DNA from: Acanthaster planci
Lineage: Eukaryota
Length of the DNA stretch: 64,000 nucleotides
Reading direction: 5' to 3'
Assembly (NCBI RefSeq): GCF_001949145.1
Contig: NW_019091356.1
Location: 2,426,932-2,490,931 of the forward strand
Part shown: positions 1 to 10,800 of the stretch, piece after piece
Position numbering within the stretch: the stretch's first letter is position 1
Layout of the letters: each line of letters starts with the position of its first letter
Notes under the pieces: model-generated
Told to the model about the DNA's origin: nothing
What the model saw: only the letters and a program-made list of their open reading frames with translations
Database searches by the model: none
Program-made: the position numbers and the translations under genes

Positions 1-146
1 ATATAGTCTCCTGTTTTCTATAGACTTAAATATGACAACTGGAAAGGGGGTCAATTTTGAACACGCTGTTGAAATGTGCATAGCATCTGAGATGAGAACA
101 ATAATGCTGTGAAGAGTAAAACAAGCCTCAAAAACAGTGAATAAAC

Positions 147-152
147 TTTATT
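147..152 (-). terminator. Probable polyadenylation signal (AATAAA) of the Caspr gene; implies a 3' UTR of about 1.5 kb
   Basis: TTTATT on + at 147-152, followed on the minus strand by T/GT-rich sequence (TCACTGTTTTTG...TTGTTTT). Confidence 0.55.
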
Positions 153-1654
153 AAAAAGCTAAAACCCTTGTCCTTATCTTAAAGTCAGCCATAAAAATCC
201 TATGCTTTTGTTAAAATAGTCCAATGGGCCCGACTTTAAAAATTTAGTTATTTTCTCATCTCTTTGGAAGTCAATTAAGAAAGAATCATGGCAGCTCCAG
301 ACAGGAAGTCTTGTTGAGGAAATCTACAAAACGTTTGGGAGGTTTCAAATAAGGTCGTGGAGTTTAAAAAGGCTTACAAATGCTCAGAGTAAAGGGGGAA
401 ATTTGTTTGGAACATTAAGATTCCAACATTTGGCTACTGTAAAAGCCACCCACGGTGCAGAATAATCATTAATCATTAATTAAATGAACTGAGTAAGTCG
501 TTTTAACCTTTGACAGCTCCTCCTCTTAAAAAAGAGAAGAAGAAAGCATTAAAAAAGGTATAAATTTTGTTTTCCAGGTTTCTAACTTTCCATTAAAAAA
601 ACACAGATGACAGGAAAACAGAGTTTGAGATCAACGTCTCAAATGTCATTGATAGTTGTAAAATCGCTCCGGCATGGAGCGGGCTGTCAAAAGAAAATGT
701 TTCAGACACTCATGAAGACAGTCTACAACTTCAAATATTAGTAATTTTCTCAGTTAAATACCTAAGCCAGCTGTTGACTAATTTCACACAAACTGCAAGT
801 TACAGCTCTTAAAAAACTCACATTTTCACCCATATTAACGCCAGCAGGAGACAAGAACTGGTTCTATCCGGACAGCACTGTCTCATGGGACAGCCCTCTG
901 TTTGCACAGGAGTGAACCAGCTTCCCTGTGAGGCCATTTCTGACCAGTTCCGACTGGCTCAAGAATGGGCAAAACCCAGCAGAAAAACCAGTGTTTCCTG
1001 TCATAACCGGTTCCAACCGGTTCTCAACAGCGAGGGACTGCTTTTGACTGGCACAAGCCCAAGGCAAAGCTGACCAAAGCCACAAATTTGTACAAAGACA
1101 CTGTCAGCAAAAAACGCCACCCTGATATATAAAAATAAGGCCACGCTGGACCACTGATCGGGTTTATAAAAACACAATAGAGAAGGTTGACCAGTTTCAC
1201 AGCGTCCAGACAATGTGCATAGGAAAGGAACACGCAGAACACTTACTTAAGCTGACTTCTTCTCTTCCCTTACAAAAGCACACACTTGTATTTGCCCTTC
1301 ACTGTGGAAGATTTCCATTTAAACAACTGTCATCTTGAAGCTTACAAACGAACTTCTCAACATGCTCCGACATCTCAGACTATTAGTACAAACTTCGCAG
1401 AACATTCTGCTATGAAAATGGCCATCCTTAAAAAAAAGAAAATCTCCAATAGAAAGAACTGTACACCTGATCCAATTTCTGGCTATGGCAAATACATACA
1501 AAAACTGTGGTCTCCAGGGAAAGAATTTTTAAAAAAAGGACAATCCTGCTCAACACGCGTCTTGATAATAAACTGAATCATCAACTGCAGGAAAACAACT
1601 TACAAAGAAAAAACAAACAAACAAACAGGAAACAGAAAAACAGCTAAGCTGAGG

Positions 1655-1848
1655 TTAAATGTACCATTCTTTCTTCTTCTCCGGCTTGACCTGCTTGGCT
1701 CCTGTCATCATGACGGCCGTGTCGGCGTCGCCCGCCATGTCGGCCCCTTTGGCTTCGTTGGTGTGGTACATGCCCTTGTGCTGGTGTTTGTAGCGCAGGA
1801 TCAGCATTACCAGGATGATCAACGCCAGCAGGAGGACGATGACCACGA
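1655..1848 (-). CDS. CNTNAP/Nrx-IV: Caspr exon 23: TM helix, band-4.1-binding motif (RYKHQHKGMYHTNE), class II PDZ-binding end (KKKEWYI*)
   Basis: Hydrophobic segment followed by the neurexin/Caspr/glycophorin-C juxtamembrane motif; TAA stop. Confidence 0.95.
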
Positions 1849-4800
1849 CTGCAAAGTGGGAGGTCAGAGGTCGAGGGTCAAAGGTCAAGGATAAAAGGTG
1901 CGGGGTAAGAGGTCAGCATTACAGGCCAGACACATTAATGAACGGCCTGCTGCTCTATCTGAATTGGTTGACGGAAGCTGGAAATAATGTGTGTGTGTGG
2001 AAAAGGGGTGGGGGTCCTTGCTAGCCCGTGGCTGTCCTCGCTAGCTTGTGGCTGTCTTCGCTAGCCTGTGGCTGTCCTCGCTAGCCTGTGGCTGTCCTTG
2101 CTAGCCTGTGGGGTTCCTCACTAGCTCGTGGCTGTCCTCGCTAGCCTGTGGCTGTCCTTGCTAGCCTGTGGCTGTCCTTGCTAGCCTGTGGGGTCCTCAC
2201 TAGCTGGTGGCTGTCCTCGCTAGCCTGTGGAGGTCCTTGCTAGCCTGTAGCTGTCCGCGCTAGCCTGTGGTTTTCCTCAAGGACATGTCTTTTTGGCAAC
2301 CAGAGCTATTAACCCTAACAGTCCCAAATCCTCCAGTTTCAATATGATTTTACATACACCCTAGGGGGTTAAGGTTAAAGTAACTTACATGCAGCATTCG
2401 ACATTATCCATTACAGGGCAATTTTTGATTAGGACAGATGACCAGGCTCCTGTTTTCAGAACCATTCACAAACATATCAAATCCCAAATCCCCCCCAACA
2501 ATACTCAATTTGCAAGCTGTTAGAATAACTCACAAGTTACATGAAATAAAAAAAAATCCTACACAACAGAAATCAACAGGAACTGCCACCATTATCATCT
2601 GCATAAAAATCTGTGTTAAAATACAAATATCCTTTTATTGACAAGGAAAAAAAAGCCATAAATGAAATCAAAGGTGCGTAAGACTCATATTGTGGGATCC
2701 CTCCACAAAATAATTCCCAGTCCATTCAATACAAAACAGATTTTGACTTACAAGCAATAGCAGCCTTATCCCCACCGGTCAGCTGCTGCCCTGCCGGTGG
2801 AAGGGGCGTGCCAGCACCTGTGGCCGGAGCTTTGGTAGGAGGCTTGGGACTCGGCTTCTGGACGACCGCCGGTATGACTTCCTGCACGTTGCAGCGCGAC
2901 TTCTGCATGTCGCCCTCTCCTGTCACGTTGGTGGGGGTGGCGAAGTAATTCCTCAGCGGGTAGACGTCATTGAACTTCACCCGGGAGATGCAACCCTCAA
3001 ACGTGTCAGCGCCCTCTGTTGGCAAGAACAAGAACATCAAGTCCCACACAAGGGTTACAATCAATAAGGTCCATCTTTCTCAACCTTACAAATCCTTCCA
3101 AATTTCCAGGGCCAACTTTGAAGAATTAAGGAAGGTGAGAGCTCGTAAGGAAAAGAAAGCAGAGTTCAACAAGTGGAAACTAAAGAAGCCCAGTGTGCAG
3201 ATCTGGCAGTGCGCAAAGTTGGTAACAATGAAATCACCTTTCAAGGGAGTTCAGGGAGTGTAAATTTTATCCTTATTTTGCCAATCCAAACAGTTGTGAT
3301 CCTGCACCACAAATGGCAATTTTTACCACGGACCAAAACACTCAGAACAGCCAATGTGACGTCCTGTAGTAGGCTATGAACGCAACGCTGGGGGTGAGAA
3401 TTCAGAGAGAGGGAAAGAAATTCGTGGAATATCCAGCAACAGGGTTGTGACAACGACAAGAGACTGTGACATGTCAGGACTTGCTGTAGCTAACAAGACG
3501 AGCATTCTCTCCAAAATGGCAATTATGCAAGTCTAGTACTTTTTTTTCCTTTCGGTACAAAATGAAAAAAAACCTATGATTAAGCATTTAAAGATCAAAA
3601 ATTACGACATCTCAAACCCTGAAATCCAGAAAAAAACCCTGGTTTTTAATTTCATTGACCTTGCCATGCCAACAACCAACAATGTGTGCGCTATTATCTT
3701 CCATCACTGACTCTCAACCCAAGCAGGAGGCTATCCGCCTACCTGTGCTGCCCACGTAAACTTTGTTCGCTCCATTGAATGTGGTGTCCACCCCTGGAGT
3801 CACTTTCGTCAAAGGTTGATAGCCGTCCACCTGGACAGAGAAGAAAAAAATCATTGAGAATATATCAGGAGTTTTGAAATTGACTGAACACATCAAAAAG
3901 GAAAAAGACAACATCGATTTGGAACCTTATTTCAAACATCCCATCAAGTAATTTTCTCCAAATTTAAAAGAACCATTATTCTGTCACACGTTTTGGAACT
4001 GAAATTAGTTTCCATACGAGACAATATTCCATTATATGTCCATTGAGTAGACTTCATTCAAAACAAGGATCAAAACCATCTGCCATAAACAAACTTGCCT
4101 TGAACACTGCTTCGTTACCCTCACGTTCAACCTTCACGTAATGGTGCCTTCCGTCGGCAAACTTGTGTTCGCTTGTCAGTGTGTTTGGTGCTCCCGACCC
4201 TAACTTCCAGGTGAAAGTGAGGTAACCTGAACAATACAAAAACCAAAAATGTTTCCGACAAATTACATAATGTAAAACAAACTTAAGAGACACAACTGAT
4301 GTTTGTTCTGATGTGCTGTAAAATTGAGAGCACAAAAGGTTTTACAAAACATGACTTTCAGGTGCATTCTGAGATACAATTATCTCCCAGCCACAATAAA
4401 ATTTCTGAAAAAGGAAAAAAAAAAGTATCTTGCACTCACCCTCTGGATTTCGAATGGCAATCTCCTCAAAGGTTCCAGACAGGCTATTCTCTACTCTGAG
4501 CAGCCTCCCTCTGGCAATCTCTGTTGTGAAGGCTAGCGTAATGATGTCCACCTCTGAGTCTTGGACATCTATGGCGGGGATGTCATAGGTCACCTGACTC
4601 CCGCTCTCCATGCGACTTCCAATTTCTAATAAGAAACAGGAGAAGACAAAATTGGGTCCCGGAGACCACAATAAACAGTGGAGTGAATAAATGCGAGAAC
4701 TACGCAATGTGTGAGGAAAAAGACAGAATCAATAAAAACGAAATTTGAAAAACCTGTCATTTCTTTCATCTCTTTTAAAGTATTTAAAATCAAGGTTTTT

Positions 4801-7800
4801 TTTAGGCCACTATCTTTAATTGTGAAGTCTCTTAACTGTAGTTAAAAAATCACATTATTCATGTTCACCGTCAAGTTTCCTTTGAGACTCTGCAAAGTGC
4901 CAGAAAAAAAATTGACAAAGCTCAAATCAAAATTCTGGTGTATACAACAAAGTGCAAAGTGGCTCATATGGGAACCCTGCTGAATGCAGAAAAACAATGC
5001 AACATGGCTGATACGTGAGCCTTACTGAATGCAACCAAAATTCAATGCAACAGAAACCGGAAGCCTGCTTAATACAACAAAATACAACTTGTGCAGCGTG
5101 CTCCACAACCACTGTAAATCATACAGTGTAAACTATCACTGATTTGTTTTTGCTGTCATATACCGTTTTTCTCTTCTTTATTACACATGAATTGTTTAAC
5201 TTTAGCTACTTTTTTTCTGCACAGTTCCACATTGTGAAAATTGGTTTCTTTGAGGTCAGTTACTTTTGAAACCTTCTCCAGTTCCATCGTAATTTCTTTT
5301 ATGTATTTTGTGAATGTTTTTCTGATCGTCTTTTACGATTCAACTTTTATTACTATTTTCAATTTTTCTCAATTGTTGCATGTAAATCAGACATTGTTAG
5401 TGTTATGACTTGCTGTGGACTGCATGAAATGAAAAATGAACTGTTCAAAGCTTAATCCAACAGTATTACAACGTTTGTATTTCGTTACAGTGCGACACGA
5501 GCCTGTGGCCACTACACCAAAAAGCCACTTTCCTCAACGAACCAGTTGTCCACCCACCTTTGGAGCAGTACTGCCCCTCGAACGCCGTCAGGTCACACTG
5601 GCACTCGATCTCATCGTATGTCTCGATGCACTTGCCTCCGTTCAGGCAGGGGTTCTCGTCGCATTTGCCCGAGCAGCCGGCCTCCACCTGCCTGGCCAGC
5701 TTGCCGGCAGCGACCATGTCGATGAAGCGACCGTTGATTTGGAGGTTACGCATGCAGCCCACGAAACCCTCCGACTGCAGGGTAGACGCACCTGGAAAAT
5801 AACAAAGCAATTACAAACATAAAAACAAGTCTGTCAAAAGATGAACAAGAGTGTTTTCTTTATTTTGATTTCATTTTAGTCCTGGCCCTGTAAGCTTCGT
5901 TTTTTATGCCAGTTGGCCAAATATGCAAGTACCCTCCACATGGATATCATCACAGGAGGCGAAATTCAATTGGTAAAGACTCCAGTTGGCGCAAATATGA
6001 GGGAGTTTTCTGCTTATCGGAGGCTCAGCTTGGCATTTCTTGGAATGCATGCATGCTAGTGGGCACCGGTGTACCATGCATGTCATTTATTGCAGGTGCG
6101 CAGGGCTCCAATGAATTAATCAAATGCAGTGCGTGCATCTTTTGGGAATTTACAAATTTTTTCTCCTCAGGGTAAGGGTGAGTAAGTCCAATTTGGCGCA
6201 TGTCACTTCATGACAAGCGTGTAACCGTTCCAAATTGCATGCGCTGGTTTGAGGCAAGATTTAGACCTACCATGGTGGCGTGCATGCAAAATGGTGAGAC
6301 CATTTACCTCACGTGAATAATGACAAGATTCAGCAGATGTCACAGAGCAATGATCAACTTTTAATTCACAGCTATCCTGGTCGGAGATCCAAACTTTCAA
6401 GAAACCACAAGGATGGATATTTTTTTCCTTTTCTGAAAGTCAGATGGTGAGGGTCCGTCTATGAGTAGACTTCTTACAGTTGCAAGACACTCACCGATGA
6501 AGAAATCGTCGGTCAGACGAAGCCTGAGCTTGCCCATGTTGTACTTGGTTTTCTCCGTCTGTCCCTGGTCCACGGTCAGTGTGGCCTCCTTGGTGTCAAG
6601 GGTCAGCATCACATGGTGCCATTCATTGTTGTTGATCGGCGATGACAAGCCCACATTGACCTAGTGGTAAATGAATGAACATTTCATTGCTTGAGTGACT
6701 TTTTAAGTACAAAATAAAGGATAAACATACAGCATTACCAATAAGAATTAAGCACAGAAATTCACTGAACACTAGAGAGCTTTTGCTCAGGAAACCAGCT
6801 ATGAATGTCAAGCAGATGTTATGGCTTATGACTGGTCCCCTACTAATATACGCTTAGCGCACAGACTTGCCAAGCAATTAGTTGAGTTGGTGTACCTGAT
6901 TGCCACCGGCTCCGTAGTCAAAACTGAATACCAACGTCTGCATGTCCTCCAGCTCCAGCTTGACAAAAGTGTCGTCCTGGCCGTCAGCGGCAGCCAGGAC
7001 GGCCGAGTCCTGGGTGGTCTTGAACTCAAAGGAGAAGACCAGGGCCTTGGCGTCTAGGGAGAGGATGGGGAAGCGGAGGTGGGCCTCGCGGGAGCGGAAT
7101 GTCACCACGTTGGCCCGGTAGGCTGCGGGTTAAGCAAACACAAAGAAAAATTTAGTTCGCGGCGACTGCGGTGAATTGGAGAGACTAAATTTTGGTTCTG
7201 CGCATAGGTGTCACCAGGAATTTTTATTCCATGGAGCAAAGTACTTTTTAGGGAGGCAAAGCACTTTTTAGGGGGGGCACTCTTCAGTAATGAAGGGATG
7301 AAACACACTTACTGTGAGGAGATCAACTGCAAGATTTTTTCCATCAAGTTTGTGATTTTCCTCCCCTTTCGCTCCATTTGCATTTCTTTTCATTTTTTCC
7401 CCCAATATTTTTGGGCAGGGGGCAAGTGCAACCTTGCCCCCCCCGCCCATGATCCAGTGGGGGTGCTCCTAAGCCATCTCTGAAGCACTGTCTTTCTAAT
7501 CGACAACTGAATCGATGGGCTACAACGCAAGACAAGGCAGAGAATGCATTCCTTGAGTAAGCAAGAAATTTCTCATTTCAGAAGCATGGTGGGAGAAAGC
7601 GGCGAAGGGAAACCTGGGAGAGCTGTGGACTCACCGTTGCCTCGGCATCGGAGGGGCCCCAGCCTGTAACTGGCCGACGAGCCCGAGGCCTTGACGTCCC
7701 CGAAGCGCAGCTGCTTGACGGGCAGGAACTGTTTGTGCCTCAGCAGGCCCTCGTCCATTAGGTTGGAGGCGGTGTCGGCGTCACAGTTGCACCACTTGGT

Positions 7801-10800
7801 CCGGTCCTGGCAAGTCTCAAACAGGCCGCACTCACACTGCGGATTTGGCCCCCCCCCAAAAAAAAACAGGACCGAGGAAACGGAAGTCAGACCTTGATGA
7901 AAGTCTAGTTTGCATTCAGCTCACAGTTTGATAAGGACAGTGACTTTTAAAAAGCAGAAAGGTGTTAACAAGAGCTGATAATCACAATGCTGACTTCCAC
8001 ACAATATCACAACTCTGTGGTGAGCTACCTAACTACCCGGTGTCGGGTTCAATGATTTCTGACAAACATTCCCACAACACAGATATTGATAAATGGGAGG
8101 ACCCATTTAACATGGGCTCGATGGCTCAGTTGGCAGAGTGCCGTTACGGTATTTCAGAGGTCGTGGGTTCCAATCCCTCTCTGGCCAATTTCTTTGACCA
8201 AATTTCATTTCAAGTCAAATGCCCTTTCTGTAACAAATCCTAGAATAAGTTGGAGTGAAACGTTGCCAGATTTTTTGCAACTGACCTTGCCAGTCCCAGG
8301 GGCTGCTCCGCCCCAGTAGTTCATTTTTTGGCTGTCGCGGTTGACCCACCAGCCATAAGGCTCGCCATCTGGGGGAGAAAAAAAAAAACAGAACACATTA
8401 ATTCTTACGAAGCACACTAGAACCGGGACGGTTCAAAGACCTAAAGCATGTATAAGAAAATCTTTTCAATATTTTGGCACTGTGCTCTCTATCCAAAGTC
8501 CTGAATTTTTTTACACTGAGAGAGTACATGCCGAAAGATCATAAATCAAGTGCTGCGAGGAAGGGGCGGGGCAAGGAAGAGGAAGGGATGAAGACTAGGA
8601 CTCAAATACGCACAGCTGGTAAACAATCATATTTTAGCAATCAACTGCACAAAGCGGAAAAATTATAGGACAATTTGACGGAATCAGAAATTCAGAGTTT
8701 TCTCAGTGTTAGGTCAGTTTGAGGTTGGTTTTTACGTTCATTTTTGTCAGGTAAGATTGGGTATTGGCCAGGCACATGTCACTTAACACCTCTACAAAGT
8801 TGGGCGAAGTTCATAGAAAAAGTTTCTTCTTAGTCTCTGCGTAATCTCTGCGTAAGCTTGCTTGGCAGGGCTTGACTCGTTTTACTTACTCGGCGAGTTG
8901 AGCAGCTTGGCCCGGGTGCACACATATTGGATGTACTGCTCGCAGTACTCGGCCATATCGACCACAGCTCTGATCTGATCACTACTGGCTTGGTAGGTGA
9001 TGTCACGCGAGTAGGAGCCTGGTTCCGTGTTGCCCGGAGGGATGCCTTCTGAAGTCTCGGCGTCATGTTGTATCACGGTGTATAACTCCGAGTCTGGCAA
9101 TCAATACAAAAAGTTTCAGATGATGAGCTTCTTTCTCCTTAACAATCAGGGATTGGACAAACTAAATAGTTTTAATTTCTTAGGACTGGCACAGTGATAC
9201 TCTCCTTGCCTTCCGTCTTCCGCCTCTGTGGCCCAGGTTCGAATCCAGCCCAGGCCAGCATGTGGATTGGGCTCTCAGTTCCAACCTGCGTCTGTGGGTT
9301 CTTCCCTGGAGAATTTCTCTGGGTTTCCTACCACCTCTAAAAACTGAACATCTCTCCACTGCACCCCTTCCCCAGGGCCCCTCGGGAGAACAGTTCACGA
9401 TTCGCAGTGCTTGAATCCTGCTTGAATAATGGAATAAATATGTGCTTGGCCGGTCATAAAAGTGCAGTTAAGACCGGCTCATGAGAACAGACGCCACTAA
9501 TGCCTTCGCCTGTGGCTCAGGTGTTCAGCGTTCAGTGTCCTGAGCCAGTCTTCAACGTTTAGCTTAAGTATGACCAAGCACACATTTATTCCCATTCATA
9601 AATACCCTTTAGTCAGTGAGTCCAAAGAAGTCAATATATGATGGATTTCCAATGATTTTTCCAGAGGTTCGCTTTCATTTTCCGTACACCCCCATTCATA
9701 TTATGGTACATTCTTAGTGCATGTTGCCCAAAAGAATCTCCTTGTATGGACTAGGCGCTAACGTGCTGAACCATATGCACACAGACTCTTAACCAATCAG
9801 AATTGCTTAACTGTCGCGCATCCAGGCACCAGCGCATGATTAATGCAGCGGACATTACACTTCTCAGCGGGCATTATCAAATGTTAGCAGTCAAGTTGAC
9901 CTTGTTGAAAAGGGAAACTCTGAGGTATTTATGAATAAAGAATAAACAAACACTCTCGCAGTTCTGTCCACTACTGCTATCGCACACCTGAGAATGCAAA
10001 CAAAACCACCCACCTTGACTTTCACACTCGACCTCCACGGGCGGGAGCGGACCGCTACCGTCAGGGTCTATCATATGAGTCCCACTATATTGGCACGAAC
10101 TGCTATGCTGGGCTGCAAAAAAAAATAATAAATTACCCAAATATGACAAATTGAAATTAAATTCCAGCGCAAATGTAAAAGTTGCATAATGTACTGCAGC
10201 AAGTCTACATAGTCCTTAGAACAGAATTCAAAAATTTGAACATTTAAATGTTCCACACATTCCCGGGAAAATAATCAGTATGCTTAGATGTTATCCATTT
10301 GCGAGGTCTGTACGGCAATTTGTTTCAGATGTGTCTTTGGTCACAGCTGGTACTTACGAATTGAGCAAGTGGTACCGGTGTAGCCTGTGTCGGTGCACTT
10401 GCAGGTGAATGTGTCCCAGTCCGACATGCACTCACCGCCGTTCGCACAGGGGCTCGGGGTACACCTTCAGCAAAGAAAGAATGAGACACACATGCACCGA
10501 GAAATGGAAAAAGGATTCCATGATTGAAACGGTCTCTCCCGCGCAGACTTCAAGTTCCAGGTACAGGGCAGTCTCAGTGACCCACGTGACCCAATGTCCA
10601 TCCATCACTGTCGATGGCAACGACGGCAGCTTTGCCCAAAGTATACCGGCTGAAGGCAAGCAGTCAAAGCCTCGATATATAGCAGAAAGAATGGACAAAA
10701 ATCCAGAGCCAGCAAGCAAATGCTGGATCGCCAAGATAAGGGAAAAACCGTATAAGGCGGTGACCTCTGTGCCACTTGCTAAAGAATTCAACATTAATGT

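Noticed and set aside
2021..2279. Regular short repeats as a CRISPR array
   Set aside because: Units are contiguous with no unique spacers, the context is a eukaryotic intron, and there are no cas genes.
8115..8186. Functional tRNA gene
   Set aside because: The anticodon stem does not pair and the acceptor stem is mismatched; kept only as a tRNA-like or SINE head.
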